64,000 bases of DNA from Candidatus Aenigmatarchaeota archaeon (GCA_038733315.1 JAVYPJ010000002.1:13943-77942), one strand, 5' to 3'. Counted from the stretch's first letter, positions 30,297 to 40,344 are shown. Notes: generated from the letters alone by a model not told the origin. Numbers and translations: made by a program.

Positions 30297-31490
30297 TCAA
30301 GGATTAAACCATTCTATTTCATAATATCTAGTATTTGAATTACCTAACTCTATTTTATTTGCAACATAATAAGTTACGCTACTCTCTCTATCTACAATAG
30401 CTATTAATAATCTCAAACCCAAACTATCCGCTAAATCTAAAGCGCTAGCTAAGAATTTTCCACTAATTTTTTCATCTTCTTGTAAACAGATTAAAATATA
30501 TGAAGGATTAGAATTGTACGGATTTTCAACTTCATTTTTTTCATTTCTATGATAAACAACAAAATCTATTGGAGTATTTTCTTTCATATAATCTTCACTT
30601 TTCATTCCCGGTATTGCCATTATAAAAGTTTTTTTAACACCATGCGCAACTCTTATAGCTCTTGCTAATTCACTTGTCAATATTTCCATATTTTTAGGAA
30701 AAACATGAATAACATGCTTAGAATGTATCCATTCTTTACCTTGTCTTAGTGGCGAAGCTCCTGGAAAATAAATTCTAAAATGTGTACCAAATTTAAAACC
30801 GGTTTTAACTATATATCCACTATCTCTCCACTCTTTATAAACTAAAAACAAATCTTCAAAGCTATCATTGTATTTTTTTTCATTTTCCAAAATTTCATTA
30901 AAACTAATTTTTTTATTACTTTTAATTTCAAAAACATCAAAACCCTTATAACAAAGATAAGCAACTTCAAAACAATCAAGCAAATGAGTTTTACCCTTTT
31001 CAATATTCTTATAAACTCCATACTGACCAAACCAATATTTTTCAAAAAGTAAAATAGAATTGCTATCGAAGAAAAAACCTATATGATTTTCTAAATCATA
31101 AAATATTTTAAGCTTTTCATTCTCAGAAAAAACAAGTGGTTGGGAGGGATATTTTTTTATAGGACTTTTCCCAAAATTTTTTATATTTATTCTATCTAAA
31201 TAAGTAATAAAAAGTCCTCTAATCTTCCAATCCCTATAAGCCAAATACCTTTCTATAAATCTTGCTTCAGAAAACCTTCGCAAAAAATCACTAGCGCTAA
31301 CTATTCTATTAGCTTCATAAACTTTTGCATTCCTAATTTCTAATAAAAAAAGAGCCTCCTCTTTTTCCAACTTTACATAATTTTTTTCAAACTTCCCAAT
31401 AAAACTTTTTCTTAATTCTTCCTTAGAAAAATCGTCGTAGCAATAAAAATTTCCATCTTTTTCTACATAAATCTCTATGCTCCTATTCAT
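30297..31490 (-). CDS. endA: tRNA splicing endonuclease, three-unit epsilon2 type
   Basis: 397 aa: N-unit (EEALFL...YRDWKIRG), catalytic unit (KTGFKFGTHFRIY, HSKH, RVAHGVKK), C-terminal beta unit (DFVVY...AIVDRESSVTYY); GQYGVYK loop. Confidence 0.9.
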   Translation of the reverse strand: MNRSIEIYVEKDGNFYCYDDFSKEELRKSFIGKFEKNYVKLEKEEALFLLEIRNAKVYEANRIVSASDFLRRFSEARFIERYLAYRDWKIRGLFITYLDRINIKNFGKSPIKKYPSQPLVFSENEKLKIFYDLENHIGFFFDSNSILLFEKYWFGQYGVYKNIEKGKTHLLDCFEVAYLCYKGFDVFEIKSNKKISFNEILENEKKYNDSFEDLFLVYKEWRDSGYIVKTGFKFGTHFRIYFPGASPLRQGKEWIHSKHVIHVFPKNMEILTSELARAIRVAHGVKKTFIMAIPGMKSEDYMKENTPIDFVVYHRNEKNEVENPYNSNPSYILICLQEDEKISGKFLASALDLADSLGLRLLIAIVDRESSVTYYVANKIELGNSNTRYYEIEWFNP

Positions 31491-31509
31491 AAAATTAAAA
31501 TAAATAAAC

Positions 31510-32160
31510 TTATTCCAAAACTATTCTTAGCTTACCGTTTTCAAACTTTTTTTCAACTATAGATTTTTCTTTGGGTTTAGAAATTATTTTGAAATACGCC
31601 TTATCTTTTGCATATGCTCTAATTTCTATACTTTCCTCTAACTCAGATATTTCTATATCCTTAGAGCTTTCAACATCCGGCAAGCTAACTTCTATTTCTA
31701 TCCTTTCCAAATTTCTTACTATTTTAACCTCTGGCTCTTCAGTAATTTTAACTTTTCTAACCTCTTTTACTTCATCTTTTTCTTCCTCAACCTCTTCAAT
31801 ACCTATTTTTCTTTTTATATCTTCTTTAATTTTTGGTTCCAAATCTTTATAATCTCCAAAAGTTTTTATATACACTTTTGGTTTTTTTCCGCTTTCACTT
31901 TTTATAACTACACTTATTCCACCACCCTTTACATACTTCTCATCTTTATCAAAATCGGACATCTCTTTAAAAACTTTTTTAATCATTCTATCAAAATCAT
32001 CAAAAAACTCTCTTATATCAAACCTTTCAAATCCAAAACCTTCATCTAAACCTCTAAAAAACATTTTAATACTTAAATTACATCCACAATAAGGGCAATA
32101 AGTCCAACTAGCATCTACTTCATTTCCACAGCATGGGCAATTTATATATCTTCTCCTCAT
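31510..32160 (-). CDS. zinc-ribbon plus Hsp20-like protein
   Basis: CPCCG...WTYCPYCG N-terminus; EPE...IEVSLPDV....DIEI....SIEIRA...FENGKLRIVL alpha-crystallin-like C-terminus. Start moved to ATG 32160. Confidence 0.75.
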   Translation of the reverse strand: MRRRYINCPCCGNEVDASWTYCPYCGCNLSIKMFFRGLDEGFGFERFDIREFFDDFDRMIKKVFKEMSDFDKDEKYVKGGGISVVIKSESGKKPKVYIKTFGDYKDLEPKIKEDIKRKIGIEEVEEEKDEVKEVRKVKITEEPEVKIVRNLERIEIEVSLPDVESSKDIEISELEESIEIRAYAKDKAYFKIISKPKEKSIVEKKFENGKLRIVLE

Positions 32161-32204
32161 AAAATAAAATTTCTTTTTAATATATAACTTAAAAATATAA
32201 TATA

Positions 32205-32351
32205 ATGGATTTTTATCTTTTTCTGTTAGGATTATTAGACACATTAGCAGCACTAATAATAATCTTTAATCTTAGTGAAAACATATTTTTTCTAATAATC
32301 TCTTTTTTGCTTTTAATAAAGGGATTATGGAGCTTAGTGTTATCTTTTTAA
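32205..32351 (+). CDS. small membrane protein (48 aa)
   Basis: Manual translation MDFYLFLLGLLDTLAALIIIF...LLLIKGLWSLVLSF; fills the gap between genes. Confidence 0.55.
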   Translation: MDFYLFLLGLLDTLAALIIIFNLSENIFFLIISFLLLIKGLWSLVLSF

Positions 32352-32962
32352 ATTAAATACTTCAATATTAAATAAATTATTACCACTAAAACGAAAACTA
32401 TTGCTATAATTTCTATTTCTCTTGAATATTCTAAGGATTTTTCCCAGTATTCGCCTAAGAAAAATCCAAGAGAAACTAAAAAAGAATTCCAAATCAAAAA
32501 ACCTAAGAAAGTTAATAAAAAGTACAATTTCATTTTTGTTTTAAAAATTCCAGCTGGAATTGATATTAAACTCCTAAAGCCAGGAACAAATCTAAATATA
32601 AAAATAGTTAAGAAGCTATTATTGTTAAACCATTTTTCAGCTATTTTTAACCTTTTTTCTGATATAAAAAAATATTTACCATATTTTTTTACTAAACCTC
32701 TTCCTAAATAACCTAAATAATAAAGTGGTAACGATCCTAAGGTATTTCCAAGAGCTCCAACTATTATTGAAATAATCAAAAGAAAATAGCTATTGTTTAT
32801 ATATGCAAGATATCCAGCAAAAGGCAAAACAATTTCACTAGGTAAAGGTGCAAATAACGTTTCTAAAAACGATAAGACAAAAATACCAAAAATATGATAG
32901 GTTTTTACAAAATCTAAAATATAATTAAAAAACAATTCATAAAAATTTATTCCAAACATCAT
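32348..32962 (-). CDS. DedA family membrane protein
   Basis: FLETLFAPLPSEIVLPFAG, RFVPGFRSLISIPAG. Confidence 0.93.
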   Translation of the reverse strand: MMFGINFYELFFNYILDFVKTYHIFGIFVLSFLETLFAPLPSEIVLPFAGYLAYINNSYFLLIISIIVGALGNTLGSLPLYYLGYLGRGLVKKYGKYFFISEKRLKIAEKWFNNNSFLTIFIFRFVPGFRSLISIPAGIFKTKMKLYFLLTFLGFLIWNSFLVSLGFFLGEYWEKSLEYSREIEIIAIVFVLVVIIYLILKYLI

Positions 32963-33474
32963 TTCCAAATCTCGTAGTTTTCATTTTTCCTTTCTTTTAT
33001 AACTCTTGCAATAACAAAAAGCATGTCTGAAAGTCTATTTAAATATTTTAGTATGTTATCATCAATTTCTTTTTCTTCTTTTAGTTTCCATAAACTTCTT
33101 TCAGCTCTTCTACAAACAGCCCTAGCATATTGCAAAAAAGTAAATTCTAAACATCCAGATGGATATACAAAATGATTTATTGGCTTTAGAGTACTTTCAA
33201 AAAAATTAATTTTTTCTTCAAGTTTTTTGACATCCTCATCGCTGATTTTGTATTTTTCAAATCCAGCTATTATTGAAGAAATCTCAAATATTTTTGTTTG
33301 AACATTTTTAAGAATTTCATTAATATCAACATCTTTTATTAAGCTTCTGCATATACCAATTACACAATTTAACTCATCTAAATCTCCTAAGGCATCTATA
33401 AGACATTCGCTTTTTTTAATTTTTTTGCTATTAATATAACATTCTCCTTTATCTCCACTTCCAAATTTTTTCAT
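32959..33474 (-). CDS. ATP:cob(I)alamin adenosyltransferase (PduO type)
   Basis: GDKG, GDLDELN, ARAVCRRAER, YLNRLSDMLF..AR. Confidence 0.92.
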   Translation of the reverse strand: MKKFGSGDKGECYINSKKIKKSECLIDALGDLDELNCVIGICRSLIKDVDINEILKNVQTKIFEISSIIAGFEKYKISDEDVKKLEEKINFFESTLKPINHFVYPSGCLEFTFLQYARAVCRRAERSLWKLKEEKEIDDNILKYLNRLSDMLFVIARVIKERKNENYEIWK

Positions 33475-33479
33475 AAAAA

Positions 33480-34310
33480 TTATATAGCCAAAGCTTTTTT
33501 TTCAAAATTTTTTAGTGCGTTTTCTTCCCAAATCGTTAACCTACCTATTTTTGCTCCTGGAGCAAGTATTTCGCTATTTAGCTCTGATAAGGCCGCTACC
33601 TCTATGTTTAAATTTTTTAAAAGTTTTCTTAATCTTTTCGCTTTTTCAACATTTTCAACAATTAATAAAATTCCTCTTTTTTTCTTATATTTTCTTCCTC
33701 TTACTTTCCCCTTTCCAGCCCTTATTTTCCTTTCTTTGATTCTTTCTAATTCTTCTTCTAATCCAACTTTTATTAAAAAACTTTTGAAGTCCTTTGCTTT
33801 TTTTATTTTTTCTATTTCTTCACTTGCCAAAACAATTGGAAAATTCTTTATTTCATCTATTTTATGTCCTCTATTAATTACAAAGTCTTTTATTAAAGTT
33901 GCAATTGCTGCAGAGATTATTGCTATATTTTTTTCTTTCTTATTTATTTTTTGTTTCCAAATTTTTTCAGCTTTTGGTGTATGGGCTCTTTTACCCTTTC
34001 TAACATTTGCAGAAACCCTTGCTACAAACATCATGTGCAATGGTGCTTTTCCATGAATTCTTTGATGCCTTGCCATACCTCTGTTCATTTGAGTAGCATA
34101 AGCTCTAAAAGGTCTTCTTCTTCCATGATAATGCGCGCTTGTCCTTAAACCAGCAAAAACATCTGTACCATATGCTTGCCTTCTATTAGCTTGAATTCTT
34201 AAAACATCTCTAAGAATTAAATCATCTCGAATAGTGAAGCTCATAAGGCTATCATTAATCTTTAGTTCCCTAACCTTTTCAGCATTAATATTTATTACGT
34301 CCAATTTCAT
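33480..34310 (-). CDS. rpl4: 50S ribosomal protein L4
   Basis: RDDLI, RQAYG...AGLRTSA, INKKEK, RAGKGKVRGRKY, LAPG...GRLTIW. Confidence 0.95.
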   Translation of the reverse strand: MKLDVININAEKVRELKINDSLMSFTIRDDLILRDVLRIQANRRQAYGTDVFAGLRTSAHYHGRRRPFRAYATQMNRGMARHQRIHGKAPLHMMFVARVSANVRKGKRAHTPKAEKIWKQKINKKEKNIAIISAAIATLIKDFVINRGHKIDEIKNFPIVLASEEIEKIKKAKDFKSFLIKVGLEEELERIKERKIRAGKGKVRGRKYKKKRGILLIVENVEKAKRLRKLLKNLNIEVAALSELNSEILAPGAKIGRLTIWEENALKNFEKKALAI

Positions 34311-34348
34311 TATATTAATTTAAAATCAAACATTTATATTTTTTAATA

Positions 34349-35104
34349 ATGAAGAATTACGGCGAAAAACTTATTGTTTTAAGAGAGGTTGAAAAACCAA
34401 AAATTAGCGTTGTAATACCTACGTATAATGAAGAAAAGTATTTGGAAGATACTTTAATTTCTATAAAATCCCAAAATTTTAAGCATCCTTACGAAATTAT
34501 CGTTAGCGATTCGAACAGCAAAGACAAAACTATCGAAATTGCAAAAAAATATGCGGATAAAATTGTAATAACTAAGAAAAGAGGTATTGCAATAGGAAGA
34601 AACTTAGGAGCAAAATATGCTAATGGAGAAATAATTCTTTTCGTAGATGCGGATACAATATTATTACCAAATACATTAAACGAAATTTACAAGGAAATAA
34701 GAAAAAACAACGTTTCCTTAGTTACAAGCCCATATTTATCAAGAGAATACTCAGCTCAATATAATTTTTATCTAGTTTTTTCATACTTTTATATAAAATC
34801 TCTTTATTTATTTAGGAAAACATCTCAATTACCAGGATTTTTTATAGCTTGTAAAAAGAAGGATTTTTTAAAAATAGGTGGATTTAACGAGAAACTTAAA
34901 GTGTTGGAGGATTTTGACTTTTCAGAAAGAATGTCTAAGCTAGGTAAAATAAGTTTTGTAGAATCTACATTTGTTTTAACATCTTCTAGAAGGATTAGAA
35001 AATGGGGATTAAAGGCCATACCAAAATATTTAACTACATATCTTTATTACATTATTTTTAGAAATGACAAACTTGGAAAAAAGTTCTGGAAACCAATTAG
35101 ATAA
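34349..35104 (+). CDS. family 2 glycosyltransferase
   Basis: SVVIPTYNEE, GRNLGA, FVDAD, GGFNE...EDFD, TSSRR. Confidence 0.92.
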   Translation: MKNYGEKLIVLREVEKPKISVVIPTYNEEKYLEDTLISIKSQNFKHPYEIIVSDSNSKDKTIEIAKKYADKIVITKKRGIAIGRNLGAKYANGEIILFVDADTILLPNTLNEIYKEIRKNNVSLVTSPYLSREYSAQYNFYLVFSYFYIKSLYLFRKTSQLPGFFIACKKKDFLKIGGFNEKLKVLEDFDFSERMSKLGKISFVESTFVLTSSRRIRKWGLKAIPKYLTTYLYYIIFRNDKLGKKFWKPIR

Positions 35105-35105
35105 T

Positions 35106-35600
35106 TTATCTTTTATACCCTATTTTCCTTAGAAATTCATACCTTTCTTTTTTATCTTCTTCTTTTTCTATTCCTAATGGACTATTTCCATCTATTACTC
35201 CTATAATTCCTCTTCCTTGCTCGGTTTCAGCAACTATTACTTGTAAAGGATTTGCTGTAGCAGCAAAAATTCTTATAACTTCCGGAACTTCTTTAATATA
35301 TTTCAAAACATTTATAGGGTAAGCATTCTTAATATAAATTATAAACGTATGTCCAGCTCCAATTACTTTCGCATGCTCAACAGCTAAGCTTATTAATTCT
35401 TCATCATTTCCTTCAAATCTTATTAACCTTTTTCCACTTGCTTCACAAAAAGCAACTCCAAATTTTATATTCGGCAAAGAATTAACTAGGGCTTCATACA
35501 AATCTTCAACAGTTTTAATAAAATGAGCTTGCCCAATAATTACATTACAATCTTTCGGTATTTCTACTTGTATTATCTCAAATTTTTTAATATTCTTCAT
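35106..35600 (-). CDS. adenosine-specific kinase family (DUF355)
   Basis: [48 protein letters not shown]. Confidence 0.88.
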   Translation of the reverse strand: MKNIKKFEIIQVEIPKDCNVIIGQAHFIKTVEDLYEALVNSLPNIKFGVAFCEASGKRLIRFEGNDEELISLAVEHAKVIGAGHTFIIYIKNAYPINVLKYIKEVPEVIRIFAATANPLQVIVAETEQGRGIIGVIDGNSPLGIEKEEDKKERYEFLRKIGYKR

Positions 35601-35635
35601 AATTATCTTATAAAAAATTTTTCATAAATAAATTT

Positions 35636-37909
35636 ATGGAAAAAAAGGTTTGGGATAAGTCTATAGAAGAAGAGATTTTAAACGTTTGGAAAAGTGAAAA
35701 AATTGTTTTTCCAAGAGGAAAGAAAACAATAATAATAGATACTCCACCACCATATACTGGACCTTTTTGGCATATTGGAGCAGTTCTAAGCTATACTTTA
35801 CAAGATATTATTGCAAGAATATTCAGAATGCTCGGATATAATGTTATATTTCCGATAGGTTTTGATAGGAATGGAATTCCTGTTGAATGGTATGTAGAAA
35901 AGTATGAAAAAGTTAGCATTAATGATGTTGGTAGAGAAAAATTCTTAGAGATATGCAAATCAAACTTAGATAAATATACAGAAAAAATGAAAGAAATTTT
36001 AATAAGAGTTTTGTGTAGCTATGATTTTGAAAATGTATATCTAACAGATAGCGAAGATTATAGAGCTTTAACTCAAAGAACTTTTATAGAGCTTTTTAAA
36101 AAAGGACTTATATACGAAGATTATAGGCCAAATACATATTGTCCAAGGTGCAAAACTACAATTGCTTTAAGCGAAATAGATAGAGAAGAAACGAATTCAA
36201 AACTTTATTACATTAAGTTTAAAATAAAAGATAACGAAGAAGATCTCATAATAGCAACTACTAGACCAGAGCTTATAGAAGCATGCAGATTAATTGCGTA
36301 CAATCCAAAAGATAAAAGATATAAAAGATTAAAGAATAAAAAAGCGATTGTTCCGATTTTTAACTTAGAGGTTCCGATTATAGAAAGAAAAGAGATTGAC
36401 ATGAATTTCGGAAGCGGAATAATGATGGTTTGCTCTTATGGAGATTTAGATGATGTAAGAATTCTAAATGAAGAAAAAATCGAGCCAAAAATATTAATTG
36501 ATGAAGAGGGAAAATACATTGGAGAAAAATATAAGGGAAAAACTTTAAGAGAAGTTAGAGAGTTAATTTTAAATGAATTAAGGGAAAATGGACTAATAAT
36601 AAAAGAAGAAGATGTTATACAGAATTTGCCTGTACATGATAAGTGCAGAACTCCAATCGAAATAATTCCAATGAAAGAATTTTATTTAAAACAAATCGAT
36701 TTTAAAGACGACATTTTAAAAATAGCTAAAAAGCTTAAGTTTTATCCAAAAGAGCATAAAAAAAGACTAATTAATTGGATAAAATCTATAACCATAGATT
36801 GGCCGATTTCGAGAAGAAGATATTATGCTACAGAAATTCCATTGTGGTACTGTAAAAAATGCGGTAATATATTTTATTTTGAGGATGGAAAATATCATCA
36901 GCCATGGAAAGAAAAAATAGATGTTATTTGCAATAAGTGCGGAAGTAATGAGTGGATTGGCGAAGAAAGAACCTTAGATACTTGGTTTGACAGCTCAATA
37001 ACAATTTTATATTTAACAAAATATGGTAGTAATGATTTTGAAAGATTGTTTTCTTCTATTAAACTTAGGCCCCAAGGCTATGATATAATAAGAACATGGC
37101 TTTATTATACTTTACTAAGAGTGTATCAGCTAACAAATAGACCTGCTTTTGAAATAGTAGTTATAAATGGCATGGGCTTAGATGCAGAAGGTAGAAAAAT
37201 GAGTAAAAGCTTAGGCAATGTTATATATCCAGAAGAAATTTTTGAAGAAATGGGTATAGAGCCATTAAGACTTTGGTTTGCTACAGAAATTAATATAGGA
37301 AATGATTATAGAATAGATAAGCAAAAGGCAGCTGGAATGAAATCATTCTTAACTAAATTAGTTAATATAGCCAATTTTATATCTCAATTTAAATACGAGA
37401 AAAAAGTTATTGATAAGCCAAGCGACGTTTGGATAGTAAGCCTTTTAATGAAAACTAAGAGCGAAGTTTTAACTCACTATAAAAATCTTGAAATTTCTGA
37501 GGCAGCTAGAAAGATTTATACTTTTACTTGGGATATATTTGCATCTCATTATATAGAAATGGTTAAGCGAAGAGTTTATAATAATGATGAATCTGCAAAA
37601 TATACTTTATATTTTGTTTTTGGAGAAGTATTGAAATTATTAGCACCAATAATTCCAGCAACTTGTGATTATTTGTATAGGGAGATTTATGGAAAGAGCA
37701 TATTGTCTGAAACTTTTGGAAATGTTAATAAAAAATTAATAAATGAAAATCTATTGGCAAAGACAAACAGAATTTTAGAGTTTAATAGTTATATTTGGAA
37801 AAAGAAAAAAGAGCTAAATCTAAGTCTTAAGGACCCAATTAATGAAAAGGTTTGGGAAGATTTAAAGGAGTTTGAGAGCGATTTAATTCTTATGCATAAT
37901 TTACAGTAA
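35636..37909 (+). CDS. valS: valyl-tRNA synthetase
   Basis: IDTPPPY..HIG, ATTRPE, DWPISRRRYYATEIP, RPQGYDIIRTW, KMSKS. Confidence 0.95.
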   Translation: MEKKVWDKSIEEEILNVWKSEKIVFPRGKKTIIIDTPPPYTGPFWHIGAVLSYTLQDIIARIFRMLGYNVIFPIGFDRNGIPVEWYVEKYEKVSINDVGREKFLEICKSNLDKYTEKMKEILIRVLCSYDFENVYLTDSEDYRALTQRTFIELFKKGLIYEDYRPNTYCPRCKTTIALSEIDREETNSKLYYIKFKIKDNEEDLIIATTRPELIEACRLIAYNPKDKRYKRLKNKKAIVPIFNLEVPIIERKEIDMNFGSGIMMVCSYGDLDDVRILNEEKIEPKILIDEEGKYIGEKYKGKTLREVRELILNELRENGLIIKEEDVIQNLPVHDKCRTPIEIIPMKEFYLKQIDFKDDILKIAKKLKFYPKEHKKRLINWIKSITIDWPISRRRYYATEIPLWYCKKCGNIFYFEDGKYHQPWKEKIDVICNKCGSNEWIGEERTLDTWFDSSITILYLTKYGSNDFERLFSSIKLRPQGYDIIRTWLYYTLLRVYQLTNRPAFEIVVINGMGLDAEGRKMSKSLGNVIYPEEIFEEMGIEPLRLWFATEINIGNDYRIDKQKAAGMKSFLTKLVNIANFISQFKYEKKVIDKPSDVWIVSLLMKTKSEVLTHYKNLEISEAARKIYTFTWDIFASHYIEMVKRRVYNNDESAKYTLYFVFGEVLKLLAPIIPATCDYLYREIYGKSILSETFGNVNKKLINENLLAKTNRILEFNSYIWKKKKELNLSLKDPINEKVWEDLKEFESDLILMHNLQ

Positions 37910-37915
37910 AAAAGT

Positions 37916-38197
37916 CTAATCTTTTTCTCGATTTTCCTTATGTTTATAATATCGATATAAAATTAGGATTGCGACAAAATAAGCTAGAGAGAGTGTTGGC
38001 GAAAACGCAAATACAGTTGGTAATATTACCTGCGCAGCTTGAATATTTCCTATTATTGGCAGGAGTGATAAAAAGAAGAATATAACTGCGAAATTCATTA
38101 AAGTTTTAATAAGCTCTTCGTTTTTAATTTTTTCGTTTTTTTTGTTTTGAAAATCGTTTAGAAGCGTTTCTATATTGTTTTTTACCTTTCTCCTCAT
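37916..38197 (-). CDS. small two-TM membrane protein
   Basis: Two hydrophobic segments in a clean ORF. Confidence 0.55.
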   Translation of the reverse strand: MRRKVKNNIETLLNDFQNKKNEKIKNEELIKTLMNFAVIFFFLSLLPIIGNIQAAQVILPTVFAFSPTLSLAYFVAILILYRYYKHKENREKD

Positions 38198-38242
38198 AAA
38201 TATTTATTTCAATATTTTTATAATTCTTAATTATTATAGAAG

Positions 38243-38384
38243 CCCCCGGTAGCTCAATCTGGAAGAGCGTCCGGCTGTAGATCCTTGCTATATGCAAGGG
38301 GAGCAGCCAACGCTCTAAAACGGTTTAATGAAATAATGATTGATAGAAACCGGAAGGCTGTGGGTTCAAATCCCACCCGGGGGA
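38243..38384 (+). tRNA. tRNA-Tyr(GTA) with 68-nt intron at 37/38 (38281-38348)
   Basis: CCCCCGG...TCCGGCTGTAG | intron | ACCGGA...GTTCAAATCCCACCCGGGGGA; C1-G72 pair and A73; central helix CTGT/ATAG of the splice motif. Confidence 0.93.
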
Positions 38385-38392
38385 TTATTTTT

Positions 38393-39712
38393 TTATTCTT
38401 TTCTAAAAATTTTTAATCCAAAATATACTCCACCTAATGCAGTTAAAAATGAAATTCCTATTATAATTGCAATAATTGATGGCTCAGTTAAAATTACTAA
38501 TCCAGTTGGTATTGTTTGCTGAGGAATTGTTGGAGTTGGGCAATCCTGTGGGCAGTTTCTCCAATCTTCTCCTACTTCACACACATTATTTCCACATACA
38601 GGCTTAGGTAATTCTACAACTCTTTCAATTATTGGTTGCGTAATGTTTGTTATGTTATAATATATTGGAGTTTCTATAATTCTTTCTTTTTCAACTATTC
38701 TTTCTGTTGGAATTGCTATAAATTCTCTTTGAATTTGAATTAATGGCTGAGGAGTATAATAAGAAGTAAATATACCATAGATGCCAAACGAATTAACTAT
38801 TGCATAAGCATATGCTAAGCTTTCGTTTACAATTATTACTCCGCTTGCAGTTACTAATTTCCATATGTTATCTTCTAGCTTATAAAATCTTATGTTTGAT
38901 ACATCTAAATTTTTTGAAACTAATAGGCTTGGATTGAAATAATATCTAATTTCTGCTAATCCAGAAAATGAAGAAAGATTTTTTGTATTAAGATATATTA
39001 TTCCTACCGGCCTTTCTTTTGGATTATTTCCAATAAAAATAGTTGAGTAAATCGCTACTGATAAATTCATAGATTGATTGTTCTGAAGATAAAATTCTAA
39101 ATATTCATAGGTTGGGTAATCTATTCTTAATACTCCTTTTCCTTCTTTTATTTCAACAATAGGCTCTATTAACAATATTCCTATTTCGCTCATTAATTCG
39201 AAAGTAATATTAAATCTTGCTGGTTCTAATGCTGGGTGAGAATATACTTTTATTGTTAGATTATTTTCGCTTAATGGTTGTAAGATATAGAAATATGTTT
39301 CGTTATAACAATAAAAGGATAGCATATTATTTGACGGTTCTTCAAAATAATCGCCAGTTTGCTCAAAGTATATAGGAGGTAATTCGCATTTCAAATAATA
39401 TTCAATCGGAGGTATTCCTGCTATCATAGGTTTAGATAAGAGGTATGCTTCTACATTAAATTCGTTACCATTTAAAACATAGTTAACATCTTCTGGAGTT
39501 ATATTTACCCTTACAACTAATGGCGCCCAATCATTTACTCTATACTTAAAGTATACTATAGCTTCAGAAACCCCTCCTGCATAAATGCTAGTATCGAATT
39601 CTTTTACTATTGTAACATCTTTAAGTGGATTAATTAATAATACTTGAGATAGAGATAAATTTATTAAAATGCTTGCAAATATTATTGCTATTAGTATTGT
39701 TTTTGCGTTCAT
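38393..39712 (-). CDS. secreted membrane-anchored protein with Cys-rich repeat (putative filament/S-layer anchor)
   Basis: Signal peptide, beta-rich body, CGNNVCEVGEDWRNCPQDC, P/T linker, C-terminal TM. Confidence 0.7.
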   Translation of the reverse strand: MNAKTILIAIIFASILINLSLSQVLLINPLKDVTIVKEFDTSIYAGGVSEAIVYFKYRVNDWAPLVVRVNITPEDVNYVLNGNEFNVEAYLLSKPMIAGIPPIEYYLKCELPPIYFEQTGDYFEEPSNNMLSFYCYNETYFYILQPLSENNLTIKVYSHPALEPARFNITFELMSEIGILLIEPIVEIKEGKGVLRIDYPTYEYLEFYLQNNQSMNLSVAIYSTIFIGNNPKERPVGIIYLNTKNLSSFSGLAEIRYYFNPSLLVSKNLDVSNIRFYKLEDNIWKLVTASGVIIVNESLAYAYAIVNSFGIYGIFTSYYTPQPLIQIQREFIAIPTERIVEKERIIETPIYYNITNITQPIIERVVELPKPVCGNNVCEVGEDWRNCPQDCPTPTIPQQTIPTGLVILTEPSIIAIIIGISFLTALGGVYFGLKIFRKE

Positions 39713-40230
39713 GGTCCTAATGGCCTAACTTCTAATCTTGTTTCTGGACCGAAATATATTGTGCAAGGTTGATTTTCACAACTTATTCTAACTACTAGAT
39801 TATTTATATTAACAGTGCCGTTAGTATTGTAAGATCCCGAAATTATATAACTTCCATTGACAGTTATATAACTGTTACCAGTAAAAGAACATATTTGAGA
39901 ATTACCATTGAATAATCTTGCTTCTATTTGCCCGCCATTAGAAGAAACGTTAAGATATATGGTCCAATTAGCAGGATACCATTCAACATTGGGAAGATCT
40001 ATACTAAATCCAACAGTAGTTCCTTTAGATTTGGATGCATCAAGTGTAATACTACCACTTCCAGGTTCATTTAGTTTTAATTTGTACTCGTCGTCTGAAT
40101 AATCCAAATAAAATATTGGTGGATTTACATTTACATTAACATTCGCTTTTGCATAATAATCTAAAATTCCAGCAATCGATAAGCTAAATATAGATACTAG
40201 CATTATAGCTAATATAATTCCTTTTTTCAT
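39709..40230 (-). CDS. secreted protein (putative minor filament subunit)
   Basis: Signal peptide ending SIA, then GILDYYAKANVNVNV; start moved to ATG 40230. Confidence 0.65.
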   Translation of the reverse strand: MKKGIILAIMLVSIFSLSIAGILDYYAKANVNVNVNPPIFYLDYSDDEYKLKLNEPGSGSITLDASKSKGTTVGFSIDLPNVEWYPANWTIYLNVSSNGGQIEARLFNGNSQICSFTGNSYITVNGSYIISGSYNTNGTVNINNLVVRISCENQPCTIYFGPETRLEVRPLGP

Positions 40231-40259
40231 TATTGCTGCGTTTATTTTTTTCTTCGTCA

Positions 40260-40298
40260 TGTCTTAGGCGATTTGTATTATTTTACTCGCCTAAGACA
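40260..40298. terminator. 12-bp perfect hairpin in the operon spacer (terminator/attenuator/mRNA stabiliser)
   Basis: TGTCTTAGGCGA-N15-TCGCCTAAGACA. Confidence 0.6.
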
Positions 40299-40344
40299 AA
40301 AATAAAAAAGATAAGAGGAGAGCATAGTCATACTATAATTACTT

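Noticed and set aside
38281-38348. C/D box RNA inside the tRNA-Tyr intron
   Set aside because: Only weak C-like motifs (ATGAAAT, ATGATTG) and no CTGA D box in a suitable position.
38340-38522. 60-aa ORF
   Set aside because: Overlaps the tRNA-Tyr 3' exon and the antisense end of a real gene.
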